Shown here: one piece after another, positions 23,801-36,703 of the stretch
How the letters are laid out: each line of letters opens with the position of its first letter
How positions within the stretch are numbered: the stretch's first letter is position 1
Assembly: GCA_002269645.1 (NCBI GenBank)
Contig: NIVC01003219.1
Coordinates: 1 to 64,000 of the forward strand
Source: Macrostomum lignano
Lineage: Eukaryota
Direction of reading: 5' to 3'
Length of the DNA stretch: 64,000 nt
Position numbers and translations under genes: made by a program
Notes under the pieces: generated by a model
Seen by the model: the letters and a program-made list of their open reading frames with translations, nothing else
What the model was told of the DNA's origin: nothing
Database searches by the model: none

Positions 23801-24460
23801 AATTCATTAATCCTACTCAGATCCATCGAACTACTGAAGCCTCATCAAGAATTAAAGCAACAATTGCACCGAGAATTCGGCTTCAATTATTGGATTGAAC
23901 GAAACTACAGCCTGTCCCAGTATCATTTTGTACGATCTAGCGATGCCGGCTATCATTTCGGTCGCATGCTAGTGGAGTACAGTCAGTTAGGTTACAAATC
24001 CGAGGTCGACTTGTTCCTTGCCCTCACCGTGTTGCAATTGTTGTGCTTAAAAAAGCTATCGCCAGCATCCGTGTGCTTCTACACGTACACTCGACATCAT
24101 CCGAGTCTGCTTAGGACTCAAGCGCCGCCTTATCCGTCAAATTATCCGTTGTTAAATTTCACCTGGCTATTATTAATGTCTATTCGTTCCAATTGGCCGC
24201 TGTCGTGTTTTCAATACCTGTGCCAGGTGTACAGGGCACCGCTAGATCGGGATCCAATCTGTGGTGAATATCTCATCAAAATTAGTCAGCTATTCTTCGG
24301 CGTACCAGCTGAGAAGCCTGACCAGTCTGGTGGATTCTTTGGTAGTATTATGCGAATGCTCGCTACTGATGATGCGGCTCTGGATGCTGAGGATGCGGAG
24401 GGGTCAGATCCCGGCGCCAACCACAATGCTGTCTCGCTGAAGGCTGACGATATGGACTGA
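20898..24460 (+). CDS. GET4: Golgi to ER traffic protein 4 homolog (GET4/TRC35), 320 aa; join(20898..21220,23821..24460)
   Basis: Motifs GEFYEAQQLYRTL, SPERE, HFVRSSD, GYKSEVDLF, QLLCLK, YPLLNFTWLLL, RDPICGEYLIKISQLFFG and an acidic C-terminus ending DDMD match GET4. Phase-2 intron AA|GTGAGT..CAG|A; 963 nt in frame. Confidence 0.93.
21276..22370. repeat. 24-bp minisatellite (CATCTCATGACCCACTATGATAGT) in the GET4 intron
   Basis: About 45 copies. It generates the spurious 365-aa and 374-aa repetitive ORFs. Confidence 0.96.
22389..23704 (+). mobile_element. Tc1/mariner (DD34D) DNA transposon, 1316 bp, irritans-subfamily-like, in the GET4 intron
   Basis: Perfect 26-bp TIRs CGAGGGGTGATCAAAAAGTTCTGCAA, with a TA duplication on both sides (22387-22388, 23705-23706). 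Transposase motifs WVPHLL, IGDKCW, HHDNVAPH and YSLDLAPSDF. Confidence 0.96.
22572..23631 (+). pseudogene. Mariner transposase interrupted by three frameshifts (~22655, ~23078, ~23178)
   Basis: METSKDSVRFYIF... continues in the frame of ORF 22660-23085, then DKQSNMVW...RKRM, then ORF 23203-23631. Two of the shifts lie in T homopolymers, so they could be sequencing errors. Confidence 0.85.
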
Positions 24461-24572
24461 GTGCGAGTGCCTAATTGAACTGGCGCTGTTTAGTTGCTTG
24501 GATTCCTTTCTGGGTGAATGCTTGTTTTATAGTTTATTCTTGACAATATTTCATCTTTGTTGTTTACTCAAA

Positions 24573-25103
24573 GCCAGCCTCCCAGATCCTCAGTCGCTAG
24601 GCCAGCCTCCCAGATCCTCAGTTGCTGAGTCAGCCTTCCAAATGCTCAGTTGCTACCCCAGCCCTCACACTTGCTGGACCAGCCTCCCAGATCCTCGGTT
24701 GCTGGGCCAGCCTCCCAGATCCTCAGTTGCTGGGCCAGCCTCCCTGATCCTCAGTTGCTGGGCCAGCCTCCCAGATCCTCAGTTGCTGGGCCAGCCTCCC
24801 AGATCCTCAGTCGCTAGGCCAGCCTCCCAGATCCTCAGTCGCTAGGCCAGCCTCCCAGATCCTCAGTCGCTAGGCCAGCCTCCCAGATCCTCAGTTGCTG
24901 GGCCAGCCTCCCAGATCCTCAGTCGCTAGGCCAGCCTCCCAGATCCTCAGTCGCTAGGCCAGCCTCCCAGATCCTCAGTTGCTAGGCCAGCCTCCCAGAT
25001 CCTCAGTCGCTAGGCCAGCCTCCCAGATCCTCAGTCGCTAGGCCAGCCTCCCAGATCCTCAGTCGCTAGGCCAGCCTCCCAGATCCTCGGTTGCTGGACC
25101 AGC
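24573..25103 (+). repeat. 28-bp minisatellite (GGCCAGCCTCCCAGATCCTCAGT[T/C]GCT[G/A]) just downstream of the GET4 stop
   Basis: About 19 copies. Same family as 35271-36703, in opposite orientation. Confidence 0.95.
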
Positions 25104-25719
25104 CACAGAACTTACTTATGATGGTTTACTTTTAGTTTTCACGACGATAGAATTTAAGACAAATCGGTTTTCTTTAGTTACTGAAAACAGTAGCAATTAT
25201 CATCGAAATTGATACCCAATTCGGAATATTAATATAAAGCGATTTTATCTATAAACTCATCTTAATCAGCATCAGTAATCATTTTTGTAATAACTATTTC
25301 ATCTAAGCCTTAGCTGAACTTGTTAGTTTCGTAAATAGATTTATTTGTGTATGTTAAGTCTCTTCGACCAGTTTAGGTCTGCCCTGTATTAATGTCAGCG
25401 CGTCGAGAGAAGCACGAGAAAAATTGCGTTTTCTTTTCATTTTAAATGCAGAAATTGTCGACTTGGACAGTTCTGCAATCGCTTTTTTTGCGTTGAGCAG
25501 CGACTTTTAAATAAACTGTTCAGTTATTCCGGTTTTGGAGTTTCCTTCATGATGCGTGTTCCTCTATCAAAAATTGTGCCCAAGCTGTCATTATTTAATG
25601 ATTTGATCTCCAGCTAAGCTTTGTTTATAATCAGAGTGTAGCTATTCAATGTTCCGAGCTTCGAGTTATTCAAAAACTGCAACTACACCAAACTTTCTGA
25701 AAAATAAACTAAAAATTGA

Positions 25720-26492
25720 CCATAAACTACACTAGAAAAACGACTATAAACTACGAGCGTACACCGAATATCCGCTATAAGCTGCGCCGAATATCCGCCA
25801 TAAACTACACAATATCTGCCATAAACTACACCGAATATCCGCCATAAACTACACAATATCTGCCATAAACTGCACCGAATATCCGCCTTAAACTACACCG
25901 AATATCCGCTATAAGCTGCGCCGAATATCCGCCATAAACTACACCGAATATCCGCCATAAACTACACCGAATATCCGCCTTAAACTACACCGAATATCCG
26001 CTATAAGCTGCGCCGAATATCTGCCATAAACTACACCGAATATCCGCCATAAACTACACCGAATATCCGCCATAAACTACACAATTTCTGTCATAAAATT
26101 ACACCGAATATCCGCCATAAACTACACCGAATATCCGCCATAAACTACACCGAATATCTGCCAAAAACTCCACTGATTATCCACCATAAAGTACACCAAA
26201 TGTCATAAACTACGCTGAATATCCGCTATAAGCTGCGCCGAATATCCGCCATCAACTACACCGAATATCTGCCAAAAACTCCTCCAAATATCCGCCATAA
26301 ACTACACCGAATATCCGCCATAAACTACACCAAATATCCGCCATAAACTACACCGAATATCCACCATAAACTGCACTGAATATCCGCCATAAACTACACC
26401 GAATATCCGCCATAAACTACACCGAATATCCGCCATAAACTGCACTGAATATCCGCCATAAACTACACCGAATATCCGCCATAAACTGCACT
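25720..26492. repeat. 23-bp minisatellite (CATAAACTACACCGAATATCCGC)
   Basis: Period read directly; about 32 copies. Confidence 0.94.
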
Positions 26493-28305
26493 AAATTCTA
26501 TAAAGTGCTCCGAAGCTCGAATATAAAGGACACTGGAATTTTCTTATACTCGTAAAATGCCCTAGATGAACTTCTGTGAAAGTAAATGTTCCCTATGAAA
26601 CGTTCCGAGAGTTACTTATATGACAGAGTCGTTAATAATTATTCATTAACCAAGTCAAATTGAATCAACAAAAGCTAGTATTTATGCTATTATAAATTTA
26701 GTTTATCGTGTATTTGAGTCTTAAGAACAAACAGAGTGAGTATGCACAGTAATTTGATAGTTAGTGTCACAATAAAATTTCTCGATTTCACTGTATGATT
26801 ATATATTGTACTTCTTTGACTGTTAGAGAAGCAATATGATTAAGCCAGCACAGTATTTTAGTAGCAATTATAATAAAAAATAAAAAATCAGATGTTTAAA
26901 ATGAAAAATGTACCCAAAAATAATTACAGCAGCTTTTCTAAGAAATAACTTACTTCTCATGGAACGGCGAGACTTAAAAATATTCAAATTGCACAAAAGC
27001 TTGAAAAGATAAATTATTTGTCATAAAATATTGTATGCTTTGATTAATTATGTAAAATATGTTTTATATTTTTATTACTCTAAAATGTGTAGATGTCAAT
27101 TATTTAACTGTATTTATATACGATACTTAATATGTAATCACAGAGTTAAGGACGCCACTAACAGTTATAAGAATGGATGACAAAGTGACAAATAGTTTAA
27201 TAGCAGCTTATAAGTCAATGGAAGATGCAATTATGATTTCTGATGTCTAAAAGTAAAAATAGTATTTTTGTCTATGGCCAAAAACATGAACAACAACATG
27301 GCTATGTCCTCAATATTTCTTTTAAAATCCTGTTTGTACTGGTAAGTGAAGAAGCCAAAGCAGTTGAAGAGTCAAAAGTACTAATTATACAATAACGATT
27401 GCGTAATGCGCTCTGCATATAGAAAAATTACAAACAGCTGTTATCAACTGGCCAGTGACTTTTTTAAAGGATATTTTTACCAAGTAACTTGTATTCCGTG
27501 GGATCAGAGAATTGCACAAAAATATGAGTACAAAATTGGCTAATTTTTCCGAGAAGAATACATATATCTGATGCAGCTTTGTATCGACGCTAATAGCCTG
27601 ATTAGCTTAGCCAAAAGACAATGCGTCTTTAGCTGTCAGACCTTCAATCTGCATATCTAATTCCAACTAAACTATCCATTTCGGAAAAAATGAAGCAAAA
27701 ATACAGATTGCACGCATGATGGACTAGGGGCCACAACATTCAAGTAGCAAATACAATTTTTAGCTACAGTACTATTCAGAATTGATCAATTTAGTTGCTA
27801 TAAACTACTCAAAAACAGCAAGCATGGTAAATAGTGTGCATATAAAGTACAATTGCAAAATAGTATAGGCATGCTTAATTATTTATATTGCACTGAGATA
27901 GCAGTCAACATATAGCTATGTAGCTACGCTACCTGTAATACATTTCTACTATTGCTTGAAACCTTAATCTTGAGTGCTAATATTTTATATACATATTCTA
28001 ATTGCAAGTTCATAACAATTTGGTTTAATACATCTGTATTTACTACTGTATATTAAGCTTATGTACCCTGAAGATCACTGAACCTCTCAGAACGGACCAA
28101 CCTCAAGCACACAGTTCTGTGAACTGTCATCTTCTAAGTCCAAGAATAACAAACATAACTTTGGAAAAACCTTGAATCGAAATTCCTACATCTAAACTTC
28201 TAAAAGAAGACTTCTCTTTATTTAAATTTTCGCACGTACCTGAGGCTTTCCGTTCGAGTGGAATAATAGAAGCTGGGTCCGCACTGTTACAGCCACATAA
28301 CTGCA

Positions 28306-31300
28306 TTATGCTATCAAACACTTTGAACGTTTCCGATGCCTCAACTTTCTCACCGGCTTGAGCACACAGATTCGTCGCCTAGTGCACACCAGGATTTTGT
28401 CCTCGCCCAGCGGCGCTATCCCAGTGATCTCGTCCAGCTCTTGCAGAAACTGCAGCCGCTGGACGAAAATGAACTCGCTCCTTCTGATCACCCAGAACAG
28501 CCTCTGGCGCTGGTTATCCGTGAAGATAATTCTCTTGTCGCTTGTAGTGATGATATGCGCCGGTACTGAATCAAAGATCTGAGTTGTTGTCAGCTTTCTG
28601 TACACTCCGGTTCTGTCATTCACAATCAGGATGTGACCTTCTGCTGGGCAGGAGACCCACAGCATCTTGCGCTCGCGTGTCCAGGTGACGTACTGCGGAT
28701 GCAGATTCTCGAAGGTGAACCAGTGCCCCGTGCGGCCCAGGCAGGGGGTGAAGAACTCCACTTTCTGATCCGACGGCTGCGCCACCACCATGTCGCCGCG
28801 TCGACTGTCGACGAAGAAACCGGCAAACAGCGGCTCGTCTCTGCTGCCACCGGGCCGTTCGATCCGTTTGACCACCTGACCGTCCAGCTGCAGACAGGCG
28901 ACCACGGATAACCAGCCAGTTGGGGCTCCCGTAGAGTCTGCAGCTTGCTGCTGCTGCTGCTGCTGAGCCACTCCGCTGACATAAACCAGACCGTTCACCA
29001 GCCGCATGTGATGGCACTGCAGCCTGCCTCCCGGGTTCGAATCTCCAATCAGCACCGGCAGGTCTTTGATTTGGCCTTCCTGGCTAGAATAGACTAGCAG
29101 CGATCTTGAGCAGCTGTTCAGCAGCACCAGCTCCGCCTGGTCAGTTGAGCCATCCGCGTCAGCCAGCAGTCCGGCCGCACCGATCTCCAGTTCGCCGCGA
29201 GTCGATTGGAGCAGCTCGGCGCAGGTTCCCATATCGATCTCCTTCATCTTGTAGCTGCTATTTCGCTTCATATTGTGCCTGATGAAGCTCAGATCCAGGG
29301 CGTCCTCAGCATCCGAGCTGTCGCTGCCACCGCCGCCACCGCCGCCGCCGCTGCCGCTTCGAATTTCGTCAAGATCGACATCGTTGAGGTGGTCGTTGAC
29401 GGTCGGGTAGCGAGCTGCGGCAGCGGACGCGGCGCCGAACTGATGATGATGCTGGTGCGCTCCAGCTGTCGCCGCCTCCATTGCGTCCTGCAGTTTCTGC
29501 GAGCGACTCTCTGCGTCGTCCAGCCGAGTGATCAACTTGTTGAGATTCTCGCGCACCGCCAGCAGCTCGGCCTTGTCGAATTCGCTCATCAGCGACATGC
29601 CGGCGCCGCCGCCCAGACCGCCGGCTCCGACCTCCTCAGAGCGTCGGACAAAATCCTCGGCCAGATGGGCCAGGATCTCCTGCTTGCGCTCAAGGCTGCG
29701 CTTCCGGCTGCCGCCGCTGCCGCCGCTGAAGACGCCGCTGCTTCGACCTCTCGGACTGCCGATGCTCGAGGCGACTGCGGCAGCGGCATCGGCTGCGGCG
29801 GCAACTGCCGCAGCAGCTCCACCCTCGGTTGAGGCCTCTCCGCCGCTGCCGCTGCCACGGCTGCCGCCGCCGCCAGGTAACTGCAGCCTGCGACACTGCC
29901 TGTCTACAATGTACTTGATGATCGACTGGTGCACATGCGCCGGCGGCAGGCAGCGCAGACCCCCCGCTGGTAGTCGGGCTTCAACGCGGCATAGCGGACA
30001 GGGGAATCTGTCTCTGCTAGGCTGCTGGCTGTCCCACTTCTCCAGGCAGGTGAGGCAGAACACGTGAGAACAGTTGAGCAGTTTGGGCTCGTGCAGACGG
30101 CCCAGGTGAATCGGGCAGGTGGTCAGGTCTTCCAGGGATTCGATGCTGCCGCTGCTAGAGGACGAACTGGCGCAGCTGGGCTGCAAGTAAGACCATATAC
30201 GTAAGGGGTTACAGGGTTGATAATATTGAGTTACTATTGAGTAGCTCAGCGATAATATTGCACTAAGAAATTGGCTAACCAACTGAAACAAGCTACTTAG
30301 TTATTCCCGGTTGTAAGTAGTATCTGATATGATACGAGCCATTTAGTTAATTGTTCTTTGCGGATCTGGAACTGGGGATCTGGAACTGGGGATCTGGAAC
30401 TGGGGATCTGGAACTGGGGATCTGAAACTGGGGATCTGAAACTGGGGATCTGGAACTGGGGATCTGGAACTGGGGATCTGGAACTGGGGATCTGGAACTG
30501 GGGATCTGGAACTGGGGATCTGGAACTGGGGATCTGGAACTGGGGATCTGGAACTGGGGATCTGGAACTGGGGATCTGGAACTGGGGATCTGGAACTGGG
30601 GATCTGGAACTGGGGATCTGAAACTGGGGATCTGGAACTGGGGATCTGATCGAAACTGGGGATCTAATCGAAACTGGGGATCTGAAACTGGGGATCTGGA
30701 ACTGGGGATCTGGAACTAGGGATCTGGAACTGGGGATCTGGAACTGGGGATCTGGAACTGGATCTAACTGGATATCTGGATCTAGAAAAGAAATTACTTT
30801 TCCTATCTTGGACAGCTGTTGCTAGGAATTTAGGATTTTCGCATGCTTATGCTACTAAATCCGCTTGTAAATAGTAGTGCACGGAACAAGATTGCAAGGT
30901 AGAAATGTGTCCTGCCAGAGGAACCGCAGCACACACACACCATTAATTAGGAATGCAATGTTTTGTATGTATCAGACAGCCATATAAAGCATGAACATGC
31001 TTGTAATTTAATAGCTACATTCTGCGAGTAAATGAACCCCTTCAAACTCTTATAACGAGGCTATCGTTAGGGCTTGTTAACTAAAGCCATTAGCCGGAGC
31101 TGTTGTGTTGAATGCTTGTCTAATTGGGGAACATAAGAGAGACTATCGACACTGGGAATGTTGCATGAACTCTATTCTCAAGGCTCAACTTGGCCTTTTT
31201 CTCACAGTTTTTTTCTCTAGACTGATGGAAGAGTTACATGCAGCCTACAAAGAAACCGGTTTTTACCAGCTACCTACTACACGTACTAAACAGTTTACAT

Positions 31301-34166
31301 AGTACATAGTAAACTTGAAATGAGATGGTCTGCAGCAAAGGGCATGCGAAACTCTCTCTATGTGTATGTTTTTGGTACTGAATATAGAAATTATTCTCTA
31401 CATTTATTGGAGAGACCAAACTCTGTTTACCCGAGCTCTGCACTGCAACTTTGTATTGATTCTTCCCACGAGTCAGTGCAACAGAAGCGGCAGTGCGTGG
31501 ACAATATATATTCCACACGTTTAGTTTGATTGAGTTTTCTGTGTGCGTGCGTGTGCCGATTCTGTTTTGTGTATGATATTTTCGTTATTTATGTACTTTT
31601 GCAACTGAAGTGAGACGAGAGAGAGAAGGGATAGTGAAGGGAGAGAGAAGAGAGAATGGAGAGAAGAGGAGAGGGAATCAAGAGAATGGAGAGAAGGAGA
31701 GAGAAGGGGAGAGGGAAGGGAGAGAAGGAAAGAGAAGGGAGGAGAAGGGCGAGATAGAAAAGAGAGAAGGGACAGAAGGGAGAGAGAATATGGAGAGAAG
31801 GGGAGAGAATCATGAGAAGGGGAGAAGGGGAAAGAGAAGGAAAGAGAGAAGGGAAATAAGACGAGAGAGTATTGAGAGAAGGGGAGAAAGAAGGGAGAGA
31901 ATGGGAGAAAGAAAGAGAGAAAAGGGAGAGAGAGAAGGGAGGGAAGAGAGAGAAAAGGAAGAGAGAGAAGGGAGGGAAGGGATAGAAAAGGGAGAGAGAG
32001 AAGGGAGGGAAGGGAGAGAAAAGGGAGAGAGAGAAGGGAGGGAAGGGAGAGAAAAGGGAGAGAGAGAAGGGAGAGAAAAGGAAGAGAGAGAAGGGAGGGA
32101 ATTGGGAAAGAAGGGGCAGAGGGGATCGAGGAGGGACAAAAGGGGGGGAATTGGGAAAGAAGGGACAGAGGGGAGAGAAGAGAGCAAAGAGAGGGACGAG
32201 AACACAATGGAACAGAATCCAGCTTTACCAGCTCAAATAAATATCAGTGTGCAGCAAGCAGTGTTAGCAACTGAAACGCATGCAGTGCTTATAGATTTTT
32301 TAAAACTAATTCTAACTGATATAGACAGTATAAAAACAGAACCTATAGCTACATGTAATTTTTTACAGGTATAGACAAGCACTTGGCTTGAATTCAGCGA
32401 TATACTCGCGTAGTTACAATCGAAACAATAGCAAACAAATTCTACCTAGATATAGAATTGAACTCTAACCCGAAGCGCTGTTCTGCGTGTGCTATAGCTA
32501 GAACTGATAAGAATTCCCCTACAAGTCCAACTCTTGTCTCTCACTTTTGTCTGTTCCTCCCTTCTCTGCCCTCTTCTAAAATAAGATTGCAGAAATAAAA
32601 AACTAATCTGTGTGTTTGTGTGTGTGTGCGTCTGCATTGCGGTGACCCCGTCAGCCCTTTGGTATCAGCAAATTTCAATGCACAATGGACTTGCTTTACT
32701 AGACTAAAAGATAAGGTGTTTACTATCGGATAGACTCCAGGTCAAGACTGCACAAACCCGAATGAACTATAACAGGCTTTGGTTAAACAACTTCTGCTTA
32801 TTCAGGTTGGATCAGGGGAATTCAGGTTGGATTGGGGGAATTCTGGTTGGATCAGGGGAATTCAGGTTGGATTGGGGGAATTCAGGTTGGATCAGGGGAA
32901 TTCAGGTTGGATTGGGGGAATTCTGGTTGGATCAGGGGAATTCAGGTTGGATTGGGGGAATTCAGGTTGGATTGGGGGAATTCAGGTTGGATTGGGGGAA
33001 TTCAGGTTGGATTAAGGGAATTCAGGTTGGATTGGGGGAATTCAGGTTGGATTGGGGGAATTCAGGTTGGATTGGGGGAATTCAGGTTGGATTAGGGGAA
33101 TTCAGGTTGGATTAAGGGAATTCAGGTTGGATTGGGGGAATTCAGGTTGGATTGGGGGAATTCAGGTTGGATTGGGGGAATTCAGGTTGGATTAGGGGAA
33201 TTCAGGTTGGATTAAGGGAATTCAGGTTGGATTGGGGGAATTCAGGTTGGATTGGGGGAATTCAGGTTGGATTGGGGGAATTCAGGTTGGATTAGGGGAA
33301 TTCTGGTTGGATTAAGGGAATTCAGGTTGGATTGGGGGAATTCAGGTTGGATTGGGGGAATTCTGGTTGGATCAGGGGAATTCAGGTTGGATTGGGGGAA
33401 TTCAGTTTGGATCGGGGGAATTCTGGTTGGATTGGGGGAATTCTGGTTGGATCAGGGGAATTCAGGTTGGATTGGGGGAATTCAGTTTGGATCGGGGGAA
33501 TTCTAGTTGGATTGGGGGAATTCTGGTTGGATCAGGGGAATTCAGGTTGGATTGGGGGAATTCAGGTTGGATTGGGGGAATTCAGGTTGAGTTGGAGGAA
33601 TTCTGGTTGGATCAGGGGAATTCAGGTTGGATTGGGGGAATTCAGGTTGGATCGGGGGAATTCAGGTTGAGTTGGAGGAATTTAGATTAAATTTGGGGGG
33701 CTTCAGATTGAATCGGAGGGAATTCAGATTGAACCGAGGGAATCGAGATTGAACTATGGGAATTCAGATTGAACCCGGGGAGTTCAGATTGAACCCGGGA
33801 GTTCAGATTGAACCGGGGGAATTCAAATTGAACCGAGGGAATTCAGATTGAACCGGGGGAATTCAGATGGAACCGGGAGAATTCAGATTGAACCGGGAGA
33901 ATTAATATTAAACTGGAGGGATCATTCAATTTGAACCGAGGGAATTAAGAATGAATTTTGATAAATTAAACTACTTGAAGAATTTACCGCAATCCTTTAG
34001 TACCGTTAAGAAGGTTCCGAAGAGTATAAATGAAAATACCCCCTTAGCAACCAGATTAACATAGCAGAATAGCAAGCATAGAGTGGTAGCCATCATCTAC
34101 CTGATCGCAGACGCAGGACGTTGAAGAGCCAGCTGCATCATCCGCGGCTTCGCAATCGCTTTCCAT
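28306..34166 (-). CDS. RING-finger / coiled-coil / NHL-like beta-propeller protein (TRIM-NHL-like, no B-box seen) with C-terminal polybasic-CaaX; proposed complement(join(28306..30180,34101..34166)), 646 aa
   Basis: Long ORF 28306..30291 with a TRIM2/3-type RING (CPIH...[15 protein letters not shown]...CPLCR..LP.GG), a helical middle segment, and beta-rich repeats ([31 protein letters not shown]). The ORF's first 37 codons look intronic (TCTTACTTGCAG acceptor ending at 30181). A phase-0 upstream exon [22 protein letters not shown]|GTAGAT at 34166-34101 fits but is inferred. Confidence 0.75.
30362..30780. repeat. 14-bp minisatellite (TGGAACTGGGGATC) in the RING-gene intron
   Basis: About 29 copies, read directly. 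Confidence 0.95.
31612..32205. repeat. GA-rich low-complexity tract
   Basis: Nearly pure purine; the source of the E/R/G-rich and S/L/P-rich spurious ORFs. Confidence 0.9.
32801..33950. repeat. 20-bp minisatellite (GGGGGAATTCAGGTTGGATT), degenerating after ~33690
   Basis: 20-bp period read directly. Confidence 0.95.
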
Positions 34167-34459
34167 GGGTTGTCCAGCGGCGGCAGAAACGTGAAATTGT
34201 ATTAAATTTTAATTTATTCACCGCCCTCTCTAAACCTGTGTATAGTCTAATATACGGGAACCCCTGACTATGTTACGAGAACTGACCTCTAAAACTACCT
34301 TATCCCCCTGTGATCCGGATCCCTGATGGTAAAATTCAAATTAGTACCCAGGTTATATAAGGGAGGGACTTGAAAATGAAGACAGGGCAACTGAGGACAG
34401 CACGGGGACTGTACTAATCTTTCCCAAGCTCCCAAGAGTTTTTCTTCCCAAATTTATGC

Positions 34460-34500
<41 letters not shown>

Positions 34501-35270
34501 CGTGTACTCAGTTACACCTCTCACCCTCCACTTCTCCTCTCTACCCAACCCCCCCCCCCTGTATTTCAGTTTGTAGTTAAGGCGAGGGAACTGCGTGTGT
34601 TCTCTCCTCTCCTCTCCTCTCCTCTCCTCTCCTCTGTCTCCGCGCTCTGGGTTGGTGGCAATCAAGTAGTACAGCTCGTTAGGTCAAACCAATAGTTAGG
34701 ATCTGCTATACACCAGCGCGTACTATTAGGCCTTGGTAGTAGTGCTGCCTGCCTATTGGCTAATGCCGTATTGGGGGAAAGACAGACAGAAAGACGGAGT
34801 ACGCGGCAGGCTTGTGTGTTTTTCCCTTTCTCTCTCTCTCTCTCTCTATCTCTCTCCCCTCTCCACTGCCCATAGTCCAGTTGCAGGCGCAGATATACAG
34901 GCCCTATACCACACGATGCTGCTACGCATATAAACATTCAGATAGAATGATAGATGAAATGCAAACAGCACACTTCGATGGAGTCTGCCGGGTTGGACCG
35001 ATCGTGTCCTTAAAACCCCGGTGTGTTTCCGGGGGAGCAGGAATTCTGTGCTGTTTATAGGTTTCCCCAGAGAACATTTGAAAATAAAATTGCAGTGGCT
35101 ACAAGTAACAGCTGGGGCTAAATTATTTTATGTTGCAGGATCTTTTTTTACAGCTGTCTTGGTTTTGTTTACACTGCGAACAATTTATTGGTAGGGTAAT
35201 AAAAGTACATGGCAGTAAATACCTATAAACTTATGGCTTAGTAACTATAATCTGGGAGTGTAGCGGGTGG

Positions 35271-36703
35271 CCCAGCAACTGAGAATCTGGGAGACTGGCC
35301 AAGCAACTGACACTCTGGGAGGCTGACCCAGCAACTGAGGATCTGGGAGGCTGGCACAGCAACTGAGGATCTGGGAGGCTGGCACAGCAACTGAGGATCT
35401 GGGAGGCTGGCACAGCAACTGACACTCTGGGAGGCTGACCCAGCAACTGAGGATATGGGAGGCTGGCCCAGCAACTGAGGATCTGGAAGGGTGACCCAGC
35501 AACTGACACTCTGGGAGGCTGACACAACAACTGAGGATCCGGGAGGCTGACAAAGCAACTGAGGATCTGGGAGGCTGGCCCAGCAACTGAGGATCTGGAA
35601 GGGTGACCCAGCAACTGACACTCTGGGAGGCTGGCCCAGCAACTGACACTTTGGGAGGCTGGCCCAGCAAGTGAGGATCTGGGAGGCTGGCCCAGGAACT
35701 GAGGATCTGGAAAGGTGACCCAGCAACTGAGAATCTGGGAGACTGGCCCAGCAACTGAGGATCTTGAAGGGTGACCCAGCAACTGAGGATCTGGAAGGCT
35801 GACCAAGCAACTGAGGATCTAAGAGACTGGTCCAGCAACTGAGGATCTGGAAGGGTGACCCAGCAACTGACACTCTGGGAGGCTGGCCCAGCAACTGAGG
35901 ATCTGGGAGGCTGGCCCAGCAACTGAGGATCTGGAAGGGTAACCCAGCAACTGAGAATCTGGGAGACTGGCCCAGCAACTGAGGATCTGGAAGGGTGACC
36001 CAGCAACTGAGGATCTGGAAGGGTGACCCAGCAACTGAGAATCTGGGAGACTGGCCCAGCAACCGAGGATCTGGGAGACTGGCCTAGCAACTGAGGATCT
36101 GGAAGGCTGGCCCAGTAACTGGGGATCTTGGAGGCTGGTCCAGCAAGTGAGGATCTGGGAGGCTGGCCCAGTAACTGGGGATCTGGGAGGCTGGCCCAGT
36201 AACTGGGGATCTGGGAGGCTGGCCCAGCAACTGAGGATCTGGAAGGGTGACCCAGCAACTGAGGATCTGGGAGGTTTGTCCAGCAACTGAGGATCTGGGA
36301 GGCTGGCCCAGCAACTGAGGATCTGGAAGGGTGACCCAGCAACTGAGAATCTGGGAGACTGGCCCAGCAACTGAGGATCTGGGAGACTGGCCCAGCAACT
36401 GAGGATCTGGGAGACTGGTCCAGCAACTGAGGATCTGGGAGACTGGCCCCGCAACTGAGGATCTGGGAGGCTGGCCCAGTAACTGGGGATCTGGGAGGCT
36501 GGCCCAGTAACTGGGGATCTGGGAGGCTGGCCCAGCAACTGACACTCGGGAGACTGGTCCAGCAAGTGAGGATCTGGGAGGCTGGCCCAGCAACTGACAC
36601 TCTGGGAGGCTGGCCCAGCAACTGACACTCGGGAGACTGGCCCAGCAACTGAGGATCTGGGAGGCTGTCTCAGCAACTGACTCTCTGGGAGGCTGGCCCA
36701 GCA
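35271..36703 (-). repeat. 28-bp minisatellite (CCCAGCAACTGAGGATCTGGGAGGCTGG), reverse complement of the 24573-25103 array
   Basis: About 51 copies with several unit variants. Confidence 0.95.

Noticed and set aside
30181-30291. N-terminal 37 codons of ORF 28306..30291 as a signal or transmembrane segment
   Set aside because: AT-rich sequence ending in a good acceptor (TTACTTGCAG); more likely intron read-through than coding.
31521-36676. Long ORFs over the GA-rich tract and the 20-bp and 28-bp arrays
   Set aside because: Low-complexity or repeat translations, present in several frames and on both strands.
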